Source: Tubiluchus corallicola (Eukaryota; Animalia; Priapulida). From it: a DNA stretch of 64,000 nt. Position numbers and translations under genes: made by a program. Under the pieces are notes generated by a model. It was not told where the DNA came from. It did not search any database and saw only the letters and a list, made by a program, of their open reading frames with translations. The stretch spans positions 1 through 64,000 of the forward strand of contig JAQGDQ010000324.1 in assembly GCA_030141605.1 (NCBI GenBank). The letters are read 5' to 3'. Below, in pieces: positions 11,301 to 25,176 of this stretch. Positions within the stretch are counted from its first letter, which is position 1. The number at the start of each line of letters is the position of its first letter.

Positions 11301-14300
11301 TATACATTGAGAAAAACTTCCCTTTAACTACAGTTAGTACATAATAAGTTAAATGATAATTTTTTTTTGCTTCTCAACGCGGGGAAAAAACCTGCTCCGT
11401 CAACTATCACGGTCGTCAGGTCTTTCCCAACGAGTTATACCCTGCCTTGGACCTTATTACCAGGCCTAATCATTAAACAATTACACGGTTAATGGTGCGA
11501 TAAAACACGTTTCCTATATACATACTTGTACAATAAAATTACAGAAGTAATTATGTACTCTGTTTAAGTGCATTTATTTATACAGGGCAGTTATTAATTT
11601 GCTTACTTCAATTTATTTCAATTCACTTTATTTTTCTCCACATGAAGCAACAATTTTTGCAAATTATTTTAATGAAAAATGAAATTATATAAAGGAGACG
11701 GGGCAGCAAAAGGACCATACGGTCATCAGGTCAGACCGGAAATGAGTTTCCGACACAGACGGCCAGGCCTATATATAAATCTCTGATATTAAATCCTATA
11801 GCTTTTTAATAACAAACTTTACGGTTCTGTTATTCTGTTGCTTTACTGTGCGTTCAGACTCAGACAAGCTATTCAGTTATCAATGCAAATCGATGAATAT
11901 CGTTGCAAGTTATATAAGGTAGACTAATATACTGTATACGGTGACACATTTTGCCAATATTTTTTTTTAATTTGGAAGCTGACCAATAACTATGCGTAAT
12001 AGTGACTGAACATTAGGTAAATATCTTCTAATAATATAGATGCAAGTTTCTGTTTACAAAATGAGCAGACATTACACCTGCACCTCTGAAATGCATCAGC
12101 TACTGCTATCAAGGCATACAGTAAAGCACGTAACAGAAATGGCAACGGCAAGATACGGTAAATCCCCTAAACAAAAATATTTATTTCTAATCTGCCAATC
12201 TAAAATGTTAATGTAGCAGAAAAGAATTGCAAGGCAGAGTAACTAACACGCTAACTGTATTCAGACTACCGTGTTTTCACGCCAAGTAACTCGTCAGCAT
12301 GTTCAGACGAGTGCAAAACTGTCTGAGAGTTACTCCCCTGACAGTAAGCGCGAGAAGACACTCACTCCTATTCGGCGCAAGAAGCGTCGAGAGTTACTCG
12401 CCCAGCCGTTCACACTAGAGTTACTCCCCCGACAGTAAGCGCGAGTAGACACTCATTCCTGTTCGGCACAAGAAGCGTCGAGAGTTACTCGTGGAGCCGT
12501 TCACACTAGTCAGGAACTTGCAGCAGATCGACTCGTAGCAACTATCAGAGAATTTGCAATAACTTGACAGACAGTAACCTGCAAAGCCGTTTACACTTGC
12601 GAGTTTGCTGTCGACAGGAAACTTACTAGTGTCACCGTGCTGTTACACAAACAACCTTTCTTTCAACTTTTGTTCGATTTTGATCGGTCATTTTTTTAAT
12701 TATATATAATAGCCAAAACAACGACGGATTGTTTAAAAATCAGCGAGTCCATTTATAACAAACCAGATCCAAGGTTTGAAACTACTAAACTTAGTTTCCT
12801 CACATAATTCTCATGCAGTTGCCTTGCAAAATGCTGCATTCTCCTGTTTATTTTTGTATTCAGATTGATTGAATAATAAATCTGCATATTTGCACAGCTC
12901 ATTTCGATCCACGTGTACAGCACGCTTTCCGGAAATCCCCTTCAAACCATTGATTACTTCTCTTAACTATGTCACCTTTACCTTGATCTATATAATTGCA
13001 ATGATCTGTAAATGCAATGCGGACAGCAGCTGGCTTAATTAGATCATTTAATACATCTGTATCCAAAATTTAATGTATATAATTATGAACAGAAACAAAT
13101 CTAAGAATGTTTCTTGGTGTGGTTCCATCTGGCGAATTCGTCATATTTCTTCAAAGAAACACCAGATCCTACCAGACTGTTAAAATAAAATAATAATTGG
13201 TTAAATGTATTTTCTACATATCTCTCATAAAAATTCTTCTTACACTGCGTTGAAGACTATGCTCTTTCTTAACCCTTAGAGGGTCACGATCTTTTACAAC
13301 CGATTTTGGTAACCGGGGGGGGGGTTAATTCGTAAATTACTTTTGATAAACCGTCGTGTTTCATTAGTAAACAGCAACAGCATAATTTGTTGTTATGCTG
13401 ACCACCATAGGCTACATTATACCTCTGCTTAAAGACATGTGACTTACTAGAAATACGAAATTTAAATTCACTTAGTTACGTTCCCTTATCTATGCTGGAA
13501 TAACTGTAGATAACCGACATTGCTAGCGCGTGTGCAAAAATCCTTACGCACATGTCACGTGACGGTTGTTGTTAAGACGCGTTGCTGTGGTACACTTAAC
13601 ATTTGACATGCAGTAACTGAGCATGCGCACGATGAAACTGTGAAAAGGCTTGTGATTTTTTTAAAGGTTTAAGTAATTATAATAGGCCTTTTCACAGTCT
13701 CGTTGTGCGCACGCTCAGTTGCTGCAGGTCAAATGTTAAGTGTACCACAGCACGACAAGTAAAAAGAGGAAATTTTACTACACCATTGTGTTACTTTTGA
13801 TGTAGATTTTGTTACTATATTTTACTAAAACTTTGTTTTCTTATTTTACTTTTTTCCTTTTGGCGCGCTTAATAGTCGTGTTTTTTTAGTTTCTTCTTCG
13901 TGGAAGAGCTTTTCAATTCGCGTTTTGGTAATTCATCAAATTATTTTAGCAGAATTTTTTACTGCAGATTTTCGCGACTGATATTCCTATGATATTCCTC
14001 TTACTTTGTTAATTTTTCCATAACATATTTAATTTAGGTATGCACGATGTAGAATCTAGATTACACAAGTATTTTGTGTATTAGCATACAGGTAAAATAA
14101 TGATAACGCGCATCAAATAGACATCTAATTACACACTTAAAATGTCAAGTGGTCACAGTGATCGAAGTTGAGAAACGCCAAACTTGGTCATTAGATGGAC
14201 GGGTGACTACTGTGTGCAAAACTATAATGTTGCTGTTAATGTTAATGTTTGGACTGTGAAATGTTTCAAGCCTGCTATCCCTCTCAAAGATTGTAAATAT

Positions 14301-14318
14301 TAATGTTATGGTCAATAA

Positions 14319-14363
<45 letters not shown>

Positions 14364-14529
14364 ACTGCTACTGCTACTGCTACTGCTACTGCTACTGCTA
14401 CTGCTACTGCTACTGCTGCTGCTGCTGCTGCTGCTATCACTACTGATACCACTACTACTACTACCTATTACCGCTACTACCACTACCACTACTACTGCTA
14501 CTGCTACTACTACTAATACTACTACTACC

Positions 14530-14570
<41 letters not shown>

Positions 14571-16407
14571 GTTTTTAGTGTTTTTTTATAAAAGCTGGCA
14601 ATTTAACTGCTTGGGGCCTATCATAAAATGTGCCCTTTAAATGACTATGAAAGGATACGCATGTTCCTAAGAGAATAAGAATTTTTAGCACTCCCTAAAA
14701 TCTGAAGCCTCTCAAAATCTGGCGCCCTAGGCTACAGCGGCATAGCTTATCAATAGATACGCCCCTATGAATAAGAAGCACATTTCAGTTTCCAATAGTT
14801 GCCTTCAGTACATAGAATAATATGCGCCGAAAAGTTTTACATTTTGGTAATGCAAGTGCTTTAGAACTTTATGATGGCAGCGGCAACAGCGATGACACGG
14901 CAACGAAGAAGGAGATGGCGCAGAGATGAAACCATGCGGAATATGGATGGAAACGTAAGAATAGCCGCCATTACCAGGTGCATGTATTAGTATTCATTTC
15001 TTCTTCATGTCACGAGCTAATGGTGCTAATCACGCCAAAACATGCTCTGTCACCTACATAATTGAGCTCTCTACTCTCCCTGGTGCAGGTAATGAAGCCA
15101 CTTAGTAATTCACAATTTACCTGCTCTACATTCTAAACGTGAATGCGTCGCTTTAGGTATGGGACGAGTAATCTTACTGAAGCCATACAGACAGGTGAAT
15201 CTGTCACGTGATACTAATAGCATTGAAACCACTCAGCTACCCAGCACGCAATTAGGTAACATATTGGATTTCCAGTCTGACATTTTCACAGCTCATTTGC
15301 CGTATTTGTTCGTCGGGTTGTAATGAGAAACAAACAGCTGGTTAAGAAATCTGTGTTTGAGTCTTGCGTCGGGTTATTAGTAATATTGACTGCTGCAGGT
15401 GACGTTGTTTACCTGCTACAGATTGGATCCTTTTTTAATGTCTCCCGCCATTTTGTAAGCACGATTCAAAGGAATCGAGTCTCTATTAGTTTGTAACACA
15501 CAAGTCATTGTACAGCATGTAACACACAACTCATTGTATAGCATGTAACACACAACTCATTGTATAGCATGTAATACACAACTCATTGTATAGCATGTAA
15601 CACACAACTCATTGTATAGCATGTAATACACAACTCATTGTATAGCATGTAACACACAACTCATTGTATAGCAGCATTCAATAGTTGTACAAACCTACTG
15701 TTGGATATATGAAGCCATTATGGGTAATTTTGACATTTTTACTTTGTGGCCTTTAGTTAAAAATACTGACTTTCCGGGTCTTTGCCGGAGTGTCTCTGTG
15801 CCATGTTTAGTGATTATAGCTTTATTCCTATTGGTGTTTTGTGTGGACAGACATACAAACAGACCGACACGACCGAGCGGCCTATTGTAGGCGGATGTAA
15901 AAACTGAGTCAGAAACTATTCAGTAGCACAATAAGGATTAATGGGCTTGGCATAGGCGTACCGGCCGATTTTTCCAGGGGGGTGGTTGCCCGAAAAATTC
16001 TGGGTTACCCCCGCCCCATGATCAAAAAAGAGCCCGGATTTCATTCACAACCATTGCCATCAAGATTTCCTTTTATGGAAAATATTATTTCATTTCTTTC
16101 ACCATTTGACTGGCGCCCGAAAAATTTGGTGATTGGGCAAAAATAAATGTGTTGGCCCGAATCTGGGGGGGGGGGTGTAGCCCCCTGGCTCGTACGCCTA
16201 TGGGACTTTTCAGGCCCGGGATGAAACGGTCGGGATACGAACATTTATACGTGACTATGAGTAGATTAAGATAAGAAAATTACGGCGAAATTAGCACAGT
16301 CAGCCATTAATGGTAGAATCCTAGATGAAAAGATGGCGGTGTAGACTTTCAGCAGGTTCTACTCAGGTACCCCCCCACACACACGCACACACGCACACAC
16401 ACGCATG

Positions 16408-16450
<43 letters not shown>

Positions 16451-19400
16451 ACACTCACAGGTTGGCAGGATACCGGTGTATAAATACATTAATTGTGCTA
16501 TCATTCTGTGAATGATAAAACAGTTGTTTGCTGTAGAGTAATAGTAATTTGTTTATTATTCATTCCGCATCAATATTGTCAACATAGTTAGCAAACTTTT
16601 CATCATCCATATCAGACAGGACAACACGTGTATTACTTCATTTCTGCTTGATATCTGCATATTTAAAACTTGCACAGTCTGTATACTTTACTATGCTAAA
16701 CAAATATAACGACAATCTCTTTACTATGAAATTGAAATATTTGTTAGAAAGAATAGTAATCCATGCTGACTAAGCAGCATTAGGTGCTTGGGCGAATTTT
16801 AGATAGGAAAGATACTAACAGTGAAACGAAAATCACACAAAATATTTTTATTCTTTTTAGTGTCATTCTTTTTATATATGTTTCGCAAACTATATCGGCT
16901 GTTCCAACATTATTGCCAAGTCACGCGCCACTAAAGTAACTTAGTCACTCTTATAGCTGGCTGAATACACTCTGTGTATTTTCTGAGATAAGACAATCAT
17001 GCTAAGGCTATAAACTGCTTAAAAGAGGTTTTAATAAAATAATATCGATTATCAATCACGCAATGCAGGCATGGTTACTAAAATCTCGGTACATGTACAA
17101 AATATTTTATGACGAAATTTAAGCGATCAGTAACTTGTTAAATATCAGTATCTCTATCTGTATCTGTGAAATGAAATATCTGTCTAGCTGAACATGATTA
17201 AATTACCCGTCTTTTTTGCAAGTGAAATTAAAATGAAACCCATAGCTAATTATGTATGTAAGCCAGCTGTTAAACTTAATCTGTTAGCTGACTCGTTTGT
17301 CTGTTTTGGTATATCTCAATCTATTTTCCATGTAATTCGACAGATGTATTGAAATTTCCGTTTAACAAATTAGAATGTGAGGTGTGTGTTGCTAATTTTG
17401 ATAGTAAACGGTTTGTTTGGCTTGCATTGCTGTATGTGTTCTTTCATTTGGTCATCTCCTCACCCCTGTCACTTAAAATGGTTTGTACCTACCTGTTGGA
17501 GTGCTTCGTTTGTGGAAAAAGCAATGCCTGTTCTCGACAGTTCAGTTGATAATTTTCACTGGTGGAGACGTTCGTTGTTGGTCTGACCAGTGGGCATGTT
17601 CCAGCATACCTGTAGTTAACGTATTTGTCTGGAAAGGCTGGTACACGATCTTCTGGTAACTTCTTTACCATGGAGAGCTGAGCTAAGTGTTGTTTTGACC
17701 AAAAGGACAGTGTTGAAGAGCTGGTCAAGCCACAGAAGTGTGATCTTATTCCATTCCAGTTAGCTGTTGGTACGTTGATGTTGTAGACTAAAAGAGGGTT
17801 GCTGGAAGCTGTTGGTTAGCAGTCGTCATCTGCATCGTCAGCGTCGTCATGTTGCCGGCGTCAGCGTTGTCATTGTAGGAGGATCGTTGTATTGTGCACA
17901 ATATCGTCTTGAACATTCAGATAAGTTATGCGCATTCATTTTCCTTTCCTCGTCTTTCCTTGTGGGCTTACACAGCAAGCCATTAAAAGTAATTTTGAAC
18001 TCTTATTGTTGACTTGTTGTTGTACTCTTTTCTTTTGTAATAATTATAGCTTTAAAATTTACATCTCATCTTGTTTTGTTTTTTACTAAATAGTATATTT
18101 TTCTGATCATTATATAAAAATTAGGTATGCCATAGCCCTCGAAACGTTACATAGGCCTATAAAAACTGTATGATCAACATTGTAAACGTAGTCTATTTTA
18201 GTGTTGTGTTCATGTCAGCTTTGTTTCATTTTAAATTAATGCCGTGTGCGTTTGTGTAACATGATCAGTCAAACTTTTATATACGTAACTTTATATCTGT
18301 GATATGTCTTAATATATTCAAATTCCATTTACATGTAGAACAGCTCCCTACAAATAGAGGGACACCTTCTTGTATATATTTGCTTTTTTAAATGAAGATT
18401 TATAATAGTAATAATAATCTATGCGCCGAAAAACCCTAAGTAAAGTTTGGGTATTTTTCAATTTTTAAAGTTTGGGGTGGAGAACGAGGTTCGGAACGGG
18501 ACTGAATGTTCGAGAACGGAGCTTAAGAAATGTTCGTCTTCCAGGTTCAGTGACCGGGATCATGGCTCCCCTATCTTAGATGCGCTTTCTTAGCGATAAC
18601 TATTAAAACCTACACGCATGTAGGTATCATCAGAATCGAAAACTAAGAATAATTAATGCAACTCTATATGAGCTGCGCCTGCGCAGATCAAATGCACTTT
18701 GCTCTTTGCCTTTGTTAACATCACATATCTGTAAAAAGAGCAAACAGTCAATTTTACCTGCGCCTGTTGTGACAACATGTTCATTTCACCTCCAATTAAA
18801 TCGATTTTACCTGTGGAGAACTGAAGCCACGCTATAACCGCAACAATTGGCTTCACGCTTTATTGACGAAAAATTGAGAGCGTAGGGATGCTGAATTCAC
18901 TTCTTGAGGCTGCCTAAGGTAATTCTATTACAGGAACTCACACATGAAATAATTTTCTAACGCGCAAATGTAATCGTCTTCAAAATTTTAACTTATCAGT
19001 CAATTTTTGAACTTCCATTATCACTCTTACTACAATAAGTCTGTCAACTAATTCTCACTCTCATAGATACGTGTTTAACACACCAGAGATTACGATATTT
19101 GTAAGAAATGAGAAGTCTTGTTTTGCAAATGATAGTGTACTGAACACCCCTTTCACACAAAATGTAAGTTTCTGTTGAAGCCAAGTTATGCATCTGGCCT
19201 GTATAAAAACGGCCGTCTCTGCTCTTTTACTGGTTCAGTTAGTGTAATCCACGACAGTGTAAACTCTGTTTCATTATTATTTTTGAATCTACTTGATGTA
19301 ATTTGCCAATAAAGGTATCGTTTTTTACACATCATTCTGTTGTTTCGTGGATGGGTGTCAGAAGAGTTAGTCTGCTTACCCTCCGCATCTGCTGGTACCG

Positions 19401-19754
19401 AACTAACCTGGGTAGTTTTAGCCCTTGTCAGCGAGGTACCGCCGGCAGCTCAATATTATCGTGAAAGTAGTAAACATAGGTTTGGATCTTTGAGATATGT
19501 AAACACAGAATAACAAAGCTAAAGTTTGAGCAATGGCTGTAGGGGGGGGGGGAGCATCGAACTTCGATTTCGATTCGAACGAGTTTTTTTAGTTCGAATT
19601 CTACTCCAGCTGTGAATTAGTTCGAATTGTGAATTCGGATAAGGTAGCATTTTAATTACATGCGTTCTTTATCATTAAAACGTTTGAAACAGCATGTAAT
19701 CATCACAGTTTGGCCGCAATTTCTGTGCACAATTTTTAAACAGGTTATTTATGT

Positions 19755-19801
<47 letters not shown>

Positions 19802-20562
19802 ATAATTTATAATTTTATAATTTGATTATTCAGCAAATATAAACACTGGGAAGACAGAACTCTAAAATGAAAGAAATCTGCCCTCAAAACAGGTAAACAT
19901 AGCAGTAATCCAGAAAAAACTAGACATTGCTATGCCAGTTGCTTTTCAGCACCACTTTCGCTAAACAAAATCAAGCAATGTGCATGATTTTTGTGAGCTG
20001 CTTTTTTATTCGCAAATCGTAGTAACTGAATTCGATTCGGATTCGAAATTTCGAAATTCGATTTAATTTGAGTTCAAAAGTCGCAAATTCGATTGATTCG
20101 AATTCTTTTCTGGTAATGAATGCTCACCCGTAGCAATGAGTATATTATCTTAGTTATACTAAATAAAGCGAACTAGAATTTTCAGCCCGAGGTAGAAAAC
20201 CGTTGCATTAACAAGCTATAAAACCTACGATCCAATTGCTATGATTCAGTAAACCCAATTCAATAAGACATGCAAAGACTGTTTATTTACGCAGACAAGA
20301 CTCACCTTTCTTGCCGTTGTGGTGCAAGATTTGGGCAACTCCTCCATGTAGACCTGACAAAGTCCACTCTGATCTCGTGCAAGCCAAGGCAATTCTGGAT
20401 TGACTTCTGCACCAAGTAAGAGATGGCTTTGCTTTCGTGTAGCTTGCGTCTAGCCGGAATTGATATAGGAAGTGTGGAAGATATCCCATCTTGGTCTAGG
20501 CTGATACGTATAGCGGCTGTGTCTATGTTTGATATGTCTGTGAAAGCTAATGGCTGCTTCAT
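6373..20562 (-). CDS. Dual-specificity phosphatase (DUSP) domain protein, predicted catalytically inactive (HSLDGNSR), multi-exon, with a long Ser/Thr/Pro/Arg-rich N-terminus
   Basis: GT-AG exons with matching phases: 6373-6936 (DUSP domain: [12 protein letters not shown]...[73 protein letters not shown]...N..FQRTL..WE), 7407-7573, 7977-8185. Candidate first coding exons 17493-17671 (MVKKLPE...SNR) and 20306-20562 (MKQPLAF...QER) both end in phase 2, matching the 8185 acceptor. DUSP domain is secure; 5' structure is less so. Confidence 0.85.
8244..8376. repeat. (GGGA)n/(GA)n microsatellite
   Basis: Direct reading. Confidence 0.98.
8877..9213. mobile_element. MITE-like element with GCGTAATGCGTGATGCGT inverted repeats
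   Basis: taggactcc..gcgtaatgcgtgatgcgt at left versus acgcatcacgcattac and acgcatcatgcattacgcggagtc at right. Confidence 0.55.
9970..10735 (+). mobile_element. L2-clade LINE 3' fragment (degenerate ORF2 C-terminus plus tail)
   Basis: Translates as [10 protein letters not shown]....[17 protein letters not shown] and [29 protein letters not shown]...Y..DLL..Y...R.LRS; ends in AATAAA and an (ATT)n-like tail. Confidence 0.85.
12327..12510. repeat. ~91-bp tandem duplication within a TTCACAC/GAGTTACTC-rich element
   Basis: Two diverged copies of gagttactcccc.gacagtaagcgcgag.agacactca.tcct.ttcggc.caagaagcgtcgagagttactcg...agccgttcacacta. Confidence 0.8.
14319..14568. repeat. (CTA/CTG)n compound trinucleotide repeat
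   Basis: Direct reading. Confidence 0.98.
15493..15673. repeat. 26-bp minisatellite, ~7 copies
   Basis: Unit gtaacacacaactcattgtatagcat. Confidence 0.95.
15951..16202. mobile_element. hAT-like MITE
   Basis: TIR CATAGGCGTAC / GTACGCCTATG with G/C-run subtermini; TSD degenerate. Confidence 0.7.
16376..16459. repeat. (CA)n microsatellite
   Basis: Direct reading. Confidence 0.95.
17493..17671 (-). CDS. Candidate first coding exon B of the DUSP-like gene
   Basis: ctccATGG start context, open frame, donor AACAG|gtaggt in phase 2 compatible with exon 7977-8185. The frame stays open upstream to ~17815, so it could instead be an internal exon. Confidence 0.55.
19540..20132. mobile_element. hAT-like MITE with TTCGAA/TTCGAT-rich subtermini and internal (CAT)n
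   Basis: TAGGG..GAGCAT left end, ATGCTCACCCGTA right end; dense TTCGA motifs at both ends. Confidence 0.55.
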
Positions 20563-20578
20563 GCTCACATGTTTCCAC
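20306..20578 (-). CDS. Candidate first coding exon A of the DUSP-like gene (ATG at 20562)
   Basis: Acceptor tttactttgtag| at 20578, donor GAAAG|gtgagt at 20306, 273 nt open, phase-2 end compatible with exon 7977-8185. Confidence 0.6.
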
Positions 20579-23500
20579 CTACAAAGTAAATACACTTGTA
20601 TTAACTTGATCGTGTGTGCTGGCAGCAGCACGTACCACACAACGCAGTAAATTTGACAGGATTCCTACCAGGACAGAAACTCGCATAAAACATTCAGAAA
20701 TCAATCGAAGCGACGAATATAGCTTGTGGAGTCTTAAATTAACTGTTTTGGAAATGTAACCGTTTGCTACTTTTTTACCATTTTGAAAATAATGTTAAAA
20801 TTAAATGCTAATTTCCACGAAATTGTCTCGCTCGGCGCGAGAGTCGTATCGAGTGCGCTGTACTGCGCACGTGCTGGAAAGTAGAGAAAAAACTTTGAAG
20901 TCCCAACAGAAGAAAGATGGCGTAAAAACGTGGTTAAGTTCATTATAATCCTTTTTAATTTATTTTTGAATTAACGGTTAATAAAGCAGTTAAACCATAA
21001 TGATTGAGTTATTTTTTGTGCTGAAACAACCGCCGTCACAAAATTAGTGTCACAAAATTATTTTTTTTAAATATCTTTTTAGCATACAAGCGTAAAAGCA
21101 GCTCCGCCCACAATCAGCATTACTTTAGTCAGAAAATGTAACTGATAATACTATATTATACATTATATATATAGCTGGCATTATGACAGCTGTTAGCTAA
21201 GTCGTAAAGATTAATGCACCGAGGTTATTGTATTTACATAAATTACAATTGAATTACATTATAAGAAACAGAGATAGAATGGATTATATATTCAAAATGG
21301 GTTGCTCCATTCCAGCTGTACATTTAAGTTGTAACCTCTTGTAACTCGCTTTGAGTAGTTGTCTGCTTTTCACGCGATTGCGGTTCTGCCTAGTGTGTGA
21401 TGAAATGTGTAATCTGTTTGTTTGCGTGTTCGTTTGTTCGTTCGTTTAGTTTAAACATAATTTATTATAGGACTTGATCAGACAGTTTAAAAAACATGAT
21501 TTAGGATCCTCACCACAACAGTCTATACACACTATTTACAAAAACGTTTACAGTAAAAATTGACTATAGCTACACAAGCTGACAAGTTTTACCACAAGAT
21601 TACATTAGATATTAGTAAGAAATGACAGTCAGAAAATAATACTCTGTAGGAATTTTTAAGACTGACTCATTTCATATCGGATAGAAACTACTGGAAGCGT
21701 TTAGTACGAAACATAAAGTTATGTATACAAAAAAAATTTATACATTGGAGTACTTTACAGTTAACAAAATTAAATTCATCATTTCCGAACAATAAACAGT
21801 GTGTTTGTTTGTTTGTTTCTTGTTTGTTTTCTCATTTGTTTCGATACATATCCATAAATTTTCTTCAGATCCATGAATTCCAGTTCTTTCTCACGAAGGA
21901 CAGGCAAAATAACAGAGTTGTATTCATTTCTTAATGAAGTGCGCATGGACATACATCCACACTAGAGCCGCTTATTTAGTTTTGAAAATTGCATTTGTTT
22001 GTTCATCGACCCTTTGTCTCTTTGGCGGTTCCAGATCATTGGGTTGCCGGGTCAATTTCTGTCACCACTGTGCCATAATATGCTGACTCATGACCTCAAA
22101 TAGATGCAGATTTCGTGTGTTTTACTATGAGTTTACGGGATCGGGATCCGGCCCCCAAACCTCAATCTCCACATTCTTAAACCCCGTACTCCATTCCCGA
22201 ACATTCAGTCCCGTTCCGACCCCCGTTCACCATAAGTACTGTGGAACTGCAACACCCCCTGTTTTCACTCATTATTATCGATAATATTCAATAAATAAGT
22301 CTTATTTCTTTAGTTCTGTATTTATACTTGTACGGTCCAGGGCACGTGAGGGTAGTATAGTTTGCTTCACAGCCCGCACGGTGCGTTCACAGCTCAAGCA
22401 ACGCCGTTGTGCGCATGCCGCCATGCGCACTTGTCTGAGATAAGACGCTGCACTTTAGGTAGAATGAGTACTGTCGCTCACACAGTTTGTTGTCACGTGC
22501 TTAAAAGTCGTCTACCGGCACATTCTTGAGTTGCGGCAATTTAGGCTATTCACAAGCAAACAAGATTTTTATTTAAGATTTTCTCAGGTTTATGTATAAA
22601 TATTCGTATGTTTGTTTGTTTAAACTACAACATTAAAATAACATATGTTAGTTTCGTTTTTCACCGTATTAAAACAATGGCTGAAAATTTTCTGAAGCAG
22701 CCCACCCCTCACTAATTTTTGTTACGAGCCGCCATTGTTCTCATCCCATAGCAAACTTGTAGCTGACGCGCTGCTAGGCAGTGTGTGCGTGCATGCGTGC
22801 GTGCGTGTGCGTGTGTGTTAAACCTTTTCATAGTCTAGACACTTTTATCACCTATACAACTAAAGTTGCCGAACTAAATGCTGCATTGAACAAACGTAAA
22901 TGATATATAACAATCTTATTTTCAAGACTATTTATTGAAACCACTAATTAGTAGAATAAATCTACAATTATTGAATTTTGAAGCCATACTGTCTGAAAGG
23001 AAAGATGAAAAAGTTTGAACCGGGCATGGTTTGAACGTACAGACTGTGTGAATCACGTGAGACCAGATGAAATGAAAATTGCTGAATTTCACATCTAATT
23101 TCTTGTCTCCATTTACTGATAATTATACTTGTGGTTTAGGGTCGGGAACCCCGTTCCCGATCATTTCGTTCCGATCCGAACCCCGATCCCGACCACTTGA
23201 TCCCAAACTCCGAAAAGTTCCCACCTCGAACTTATTTAACGTCCCGAAGCCTGACGTGTTTTGTTTCTCTCGGTAGGCTCGTAGAGAAAACCTGAAAACA
23301 CGTCGTCAAATTAAACTAGTTCATTATACGAGAATTTTACAACACAAACGTATGAAGTAACGTTTACAGTAAATGTGATAATCTGGAAATGTGAAAGCGA
23401 GAAAGTGTATCCGAGAATACAAGAGAATACATGTAAACTCCAGCGGCCAGCTCCGCCTTATATATCAGTGCAAAGGAACAATCTAGAAATAGAAAGTTCT

Positions 23501-24018
23501 CGAAACTTCTACAAGATAAGAAGATTGTTCTACAATTTTCCATTTAATTCTAATGGATCTCCACAACAATAGTAATATTCTTTATCGCAATTAATGTACA
23601 CAAACTGTACTGTACAAAACAGATATACATAAAATTTTTGTTTACAAACAATCGGAGGACTGATGAAAGCAATAATCTACTAAATCTACTTTAAAATCTA
23701 CAATCATTAATTCATTTCTACTTAATTTTAAAACTCACAAAATTCTAATTCACAACACTCACAGAACAAAAAAAGAAACATTTACACACACAAACAAAAA
23801 ACAATGTAACATCTACGAATTTTACAACTGGACAACAATTAAAATGTATTTGTTCATTTCAAAATGAACATTCAGAATGAACATAAAGGAACACTCTGAA
23901 CCGGTTATCCCCACGCGAACTTCAATCCTGTCCTAAAACCACGATCGCCTTTAGTTTTTCCTCCAATAATTGTCGGCCCTTTACCGATGCTTGGATATTT
24001 GCGCTGTAAACTTGTTAA

Positions 24019-24556
24019 AGGAAAACCGGACGATTGTGTAAACACGAGTTCAGAAAAAAGAATGCTCTAAAGTATTGAAAACTACAATAGCTTTTTTAAA
24101 TCAAACCTTAGATTAAATAATAATTACCTTGGATACTCAAATTTTGTTAAACTTTCAAAGCTACGCGCGGCAGTGAATCTACTAAGATTGGCAACGGCGC
24201 CTTTTTGTCACATTCGCGTGGCCGGCAAATAGAAGGCGGCACCGTGATAACTATGATCATGAACTGCAGTGTTAGTTTCTGACGTCATATGACGTAGAGC
24301 CCATTTTCGTGACATCACGTGTTTAAGCAGTAACACTTACGCAAACGTGCTTGACGCGCAAGGGAAGATGCCAGCCATTGCACAAACTGTGGTTAGTTTC
24401 TGACGTAAGCAGTAGCTGTGTTCGGTTGCCGTTATTTAACTTTCTAAGCTATATTCAAATATAAAAAACAAGTGCTAACTTATATAGGCAAGAAAACGTA
24501 AATTTTGGACAGTAAATTAAAATGAGATCGAGTCTAAACAATCGTCCGGTTTTCCT
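24019..24556. mobile_element. Kolobok-like non-autonomous DNA transposon (TTAA target)
   Basis: TTAA|AGGAAAACCGGACGATTGT...ACAATCGTCCGGTTTTCCT|TTAA; second copy at 54862-55351. Confidence 0.85.
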
Positions 24557-24860
24557 TTAACACGGTGTCCTTTCACTAACACTAATGCAAAGAAGGTTTT
24601 TAAAGTTGCTAGTGTTCATACTGTGAATGCCTCTCCAGTCGATTAGTTACTGAAATATTAATTTTGAACTCATAAGTACCGTCTGGTAAGAGTACGAAGC
24701 CACGAGAAAACTTGTGGCGCTTTTACGTCAGAATTCAGAAAATTAAACACGGCTAAAGTGTGGGGGATTATTTTCATTATTGTCCATAATTTAATTAACA
24801 TTTTGCTTGTTGAAAACTGTAGCAAATATTTACATCTCTTCAAGCTGATGAAGTCAATGG

Positions 24861-24995
<135 letters not shown>

Positions 24996-25162
24996 GCCTC
25001 TTACTCAGTCTATTTTTCCTCGCCCTCTCTTTTCGACTTCCTTTTACCGCCTCTATACTATTGCTATGAGATTACAAAAGTGTAATTAAAATTCAGAAAT
25101 TTCGCTGAAGCCCTACAGTAGTTAATAACTCAGCAAAGTAAATAAACCAATAATTCCGTCAA

Positions 25163-25176
25163 GTTACTATGGCAAC
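25163..25176. promoter_or_regulatory. RFX X-box motif GTTACTATGGCAAC
   Basis: Consensus X-box, ~40 bp from a minus-strand donor (TAG|gtatgt at 25213) that may end a non-coding first exon of the DUSP-like gene. Confidence 0.55.

Noticed and set aside
13070-13180. Possible extra minus-strand exon of the DUSP-like gene (acceptor ttttaacag near 13177)
   Set aside because: The phase-compatible frame hits TAG after ~25 codons and no clear donor was found; the gene model is phase-consistent without it.
14145-14640. Poly-Ser and poly-Leu/Thr/Ala ORFs
   Set aside because: Translations of a compound trinucleotide repeat.
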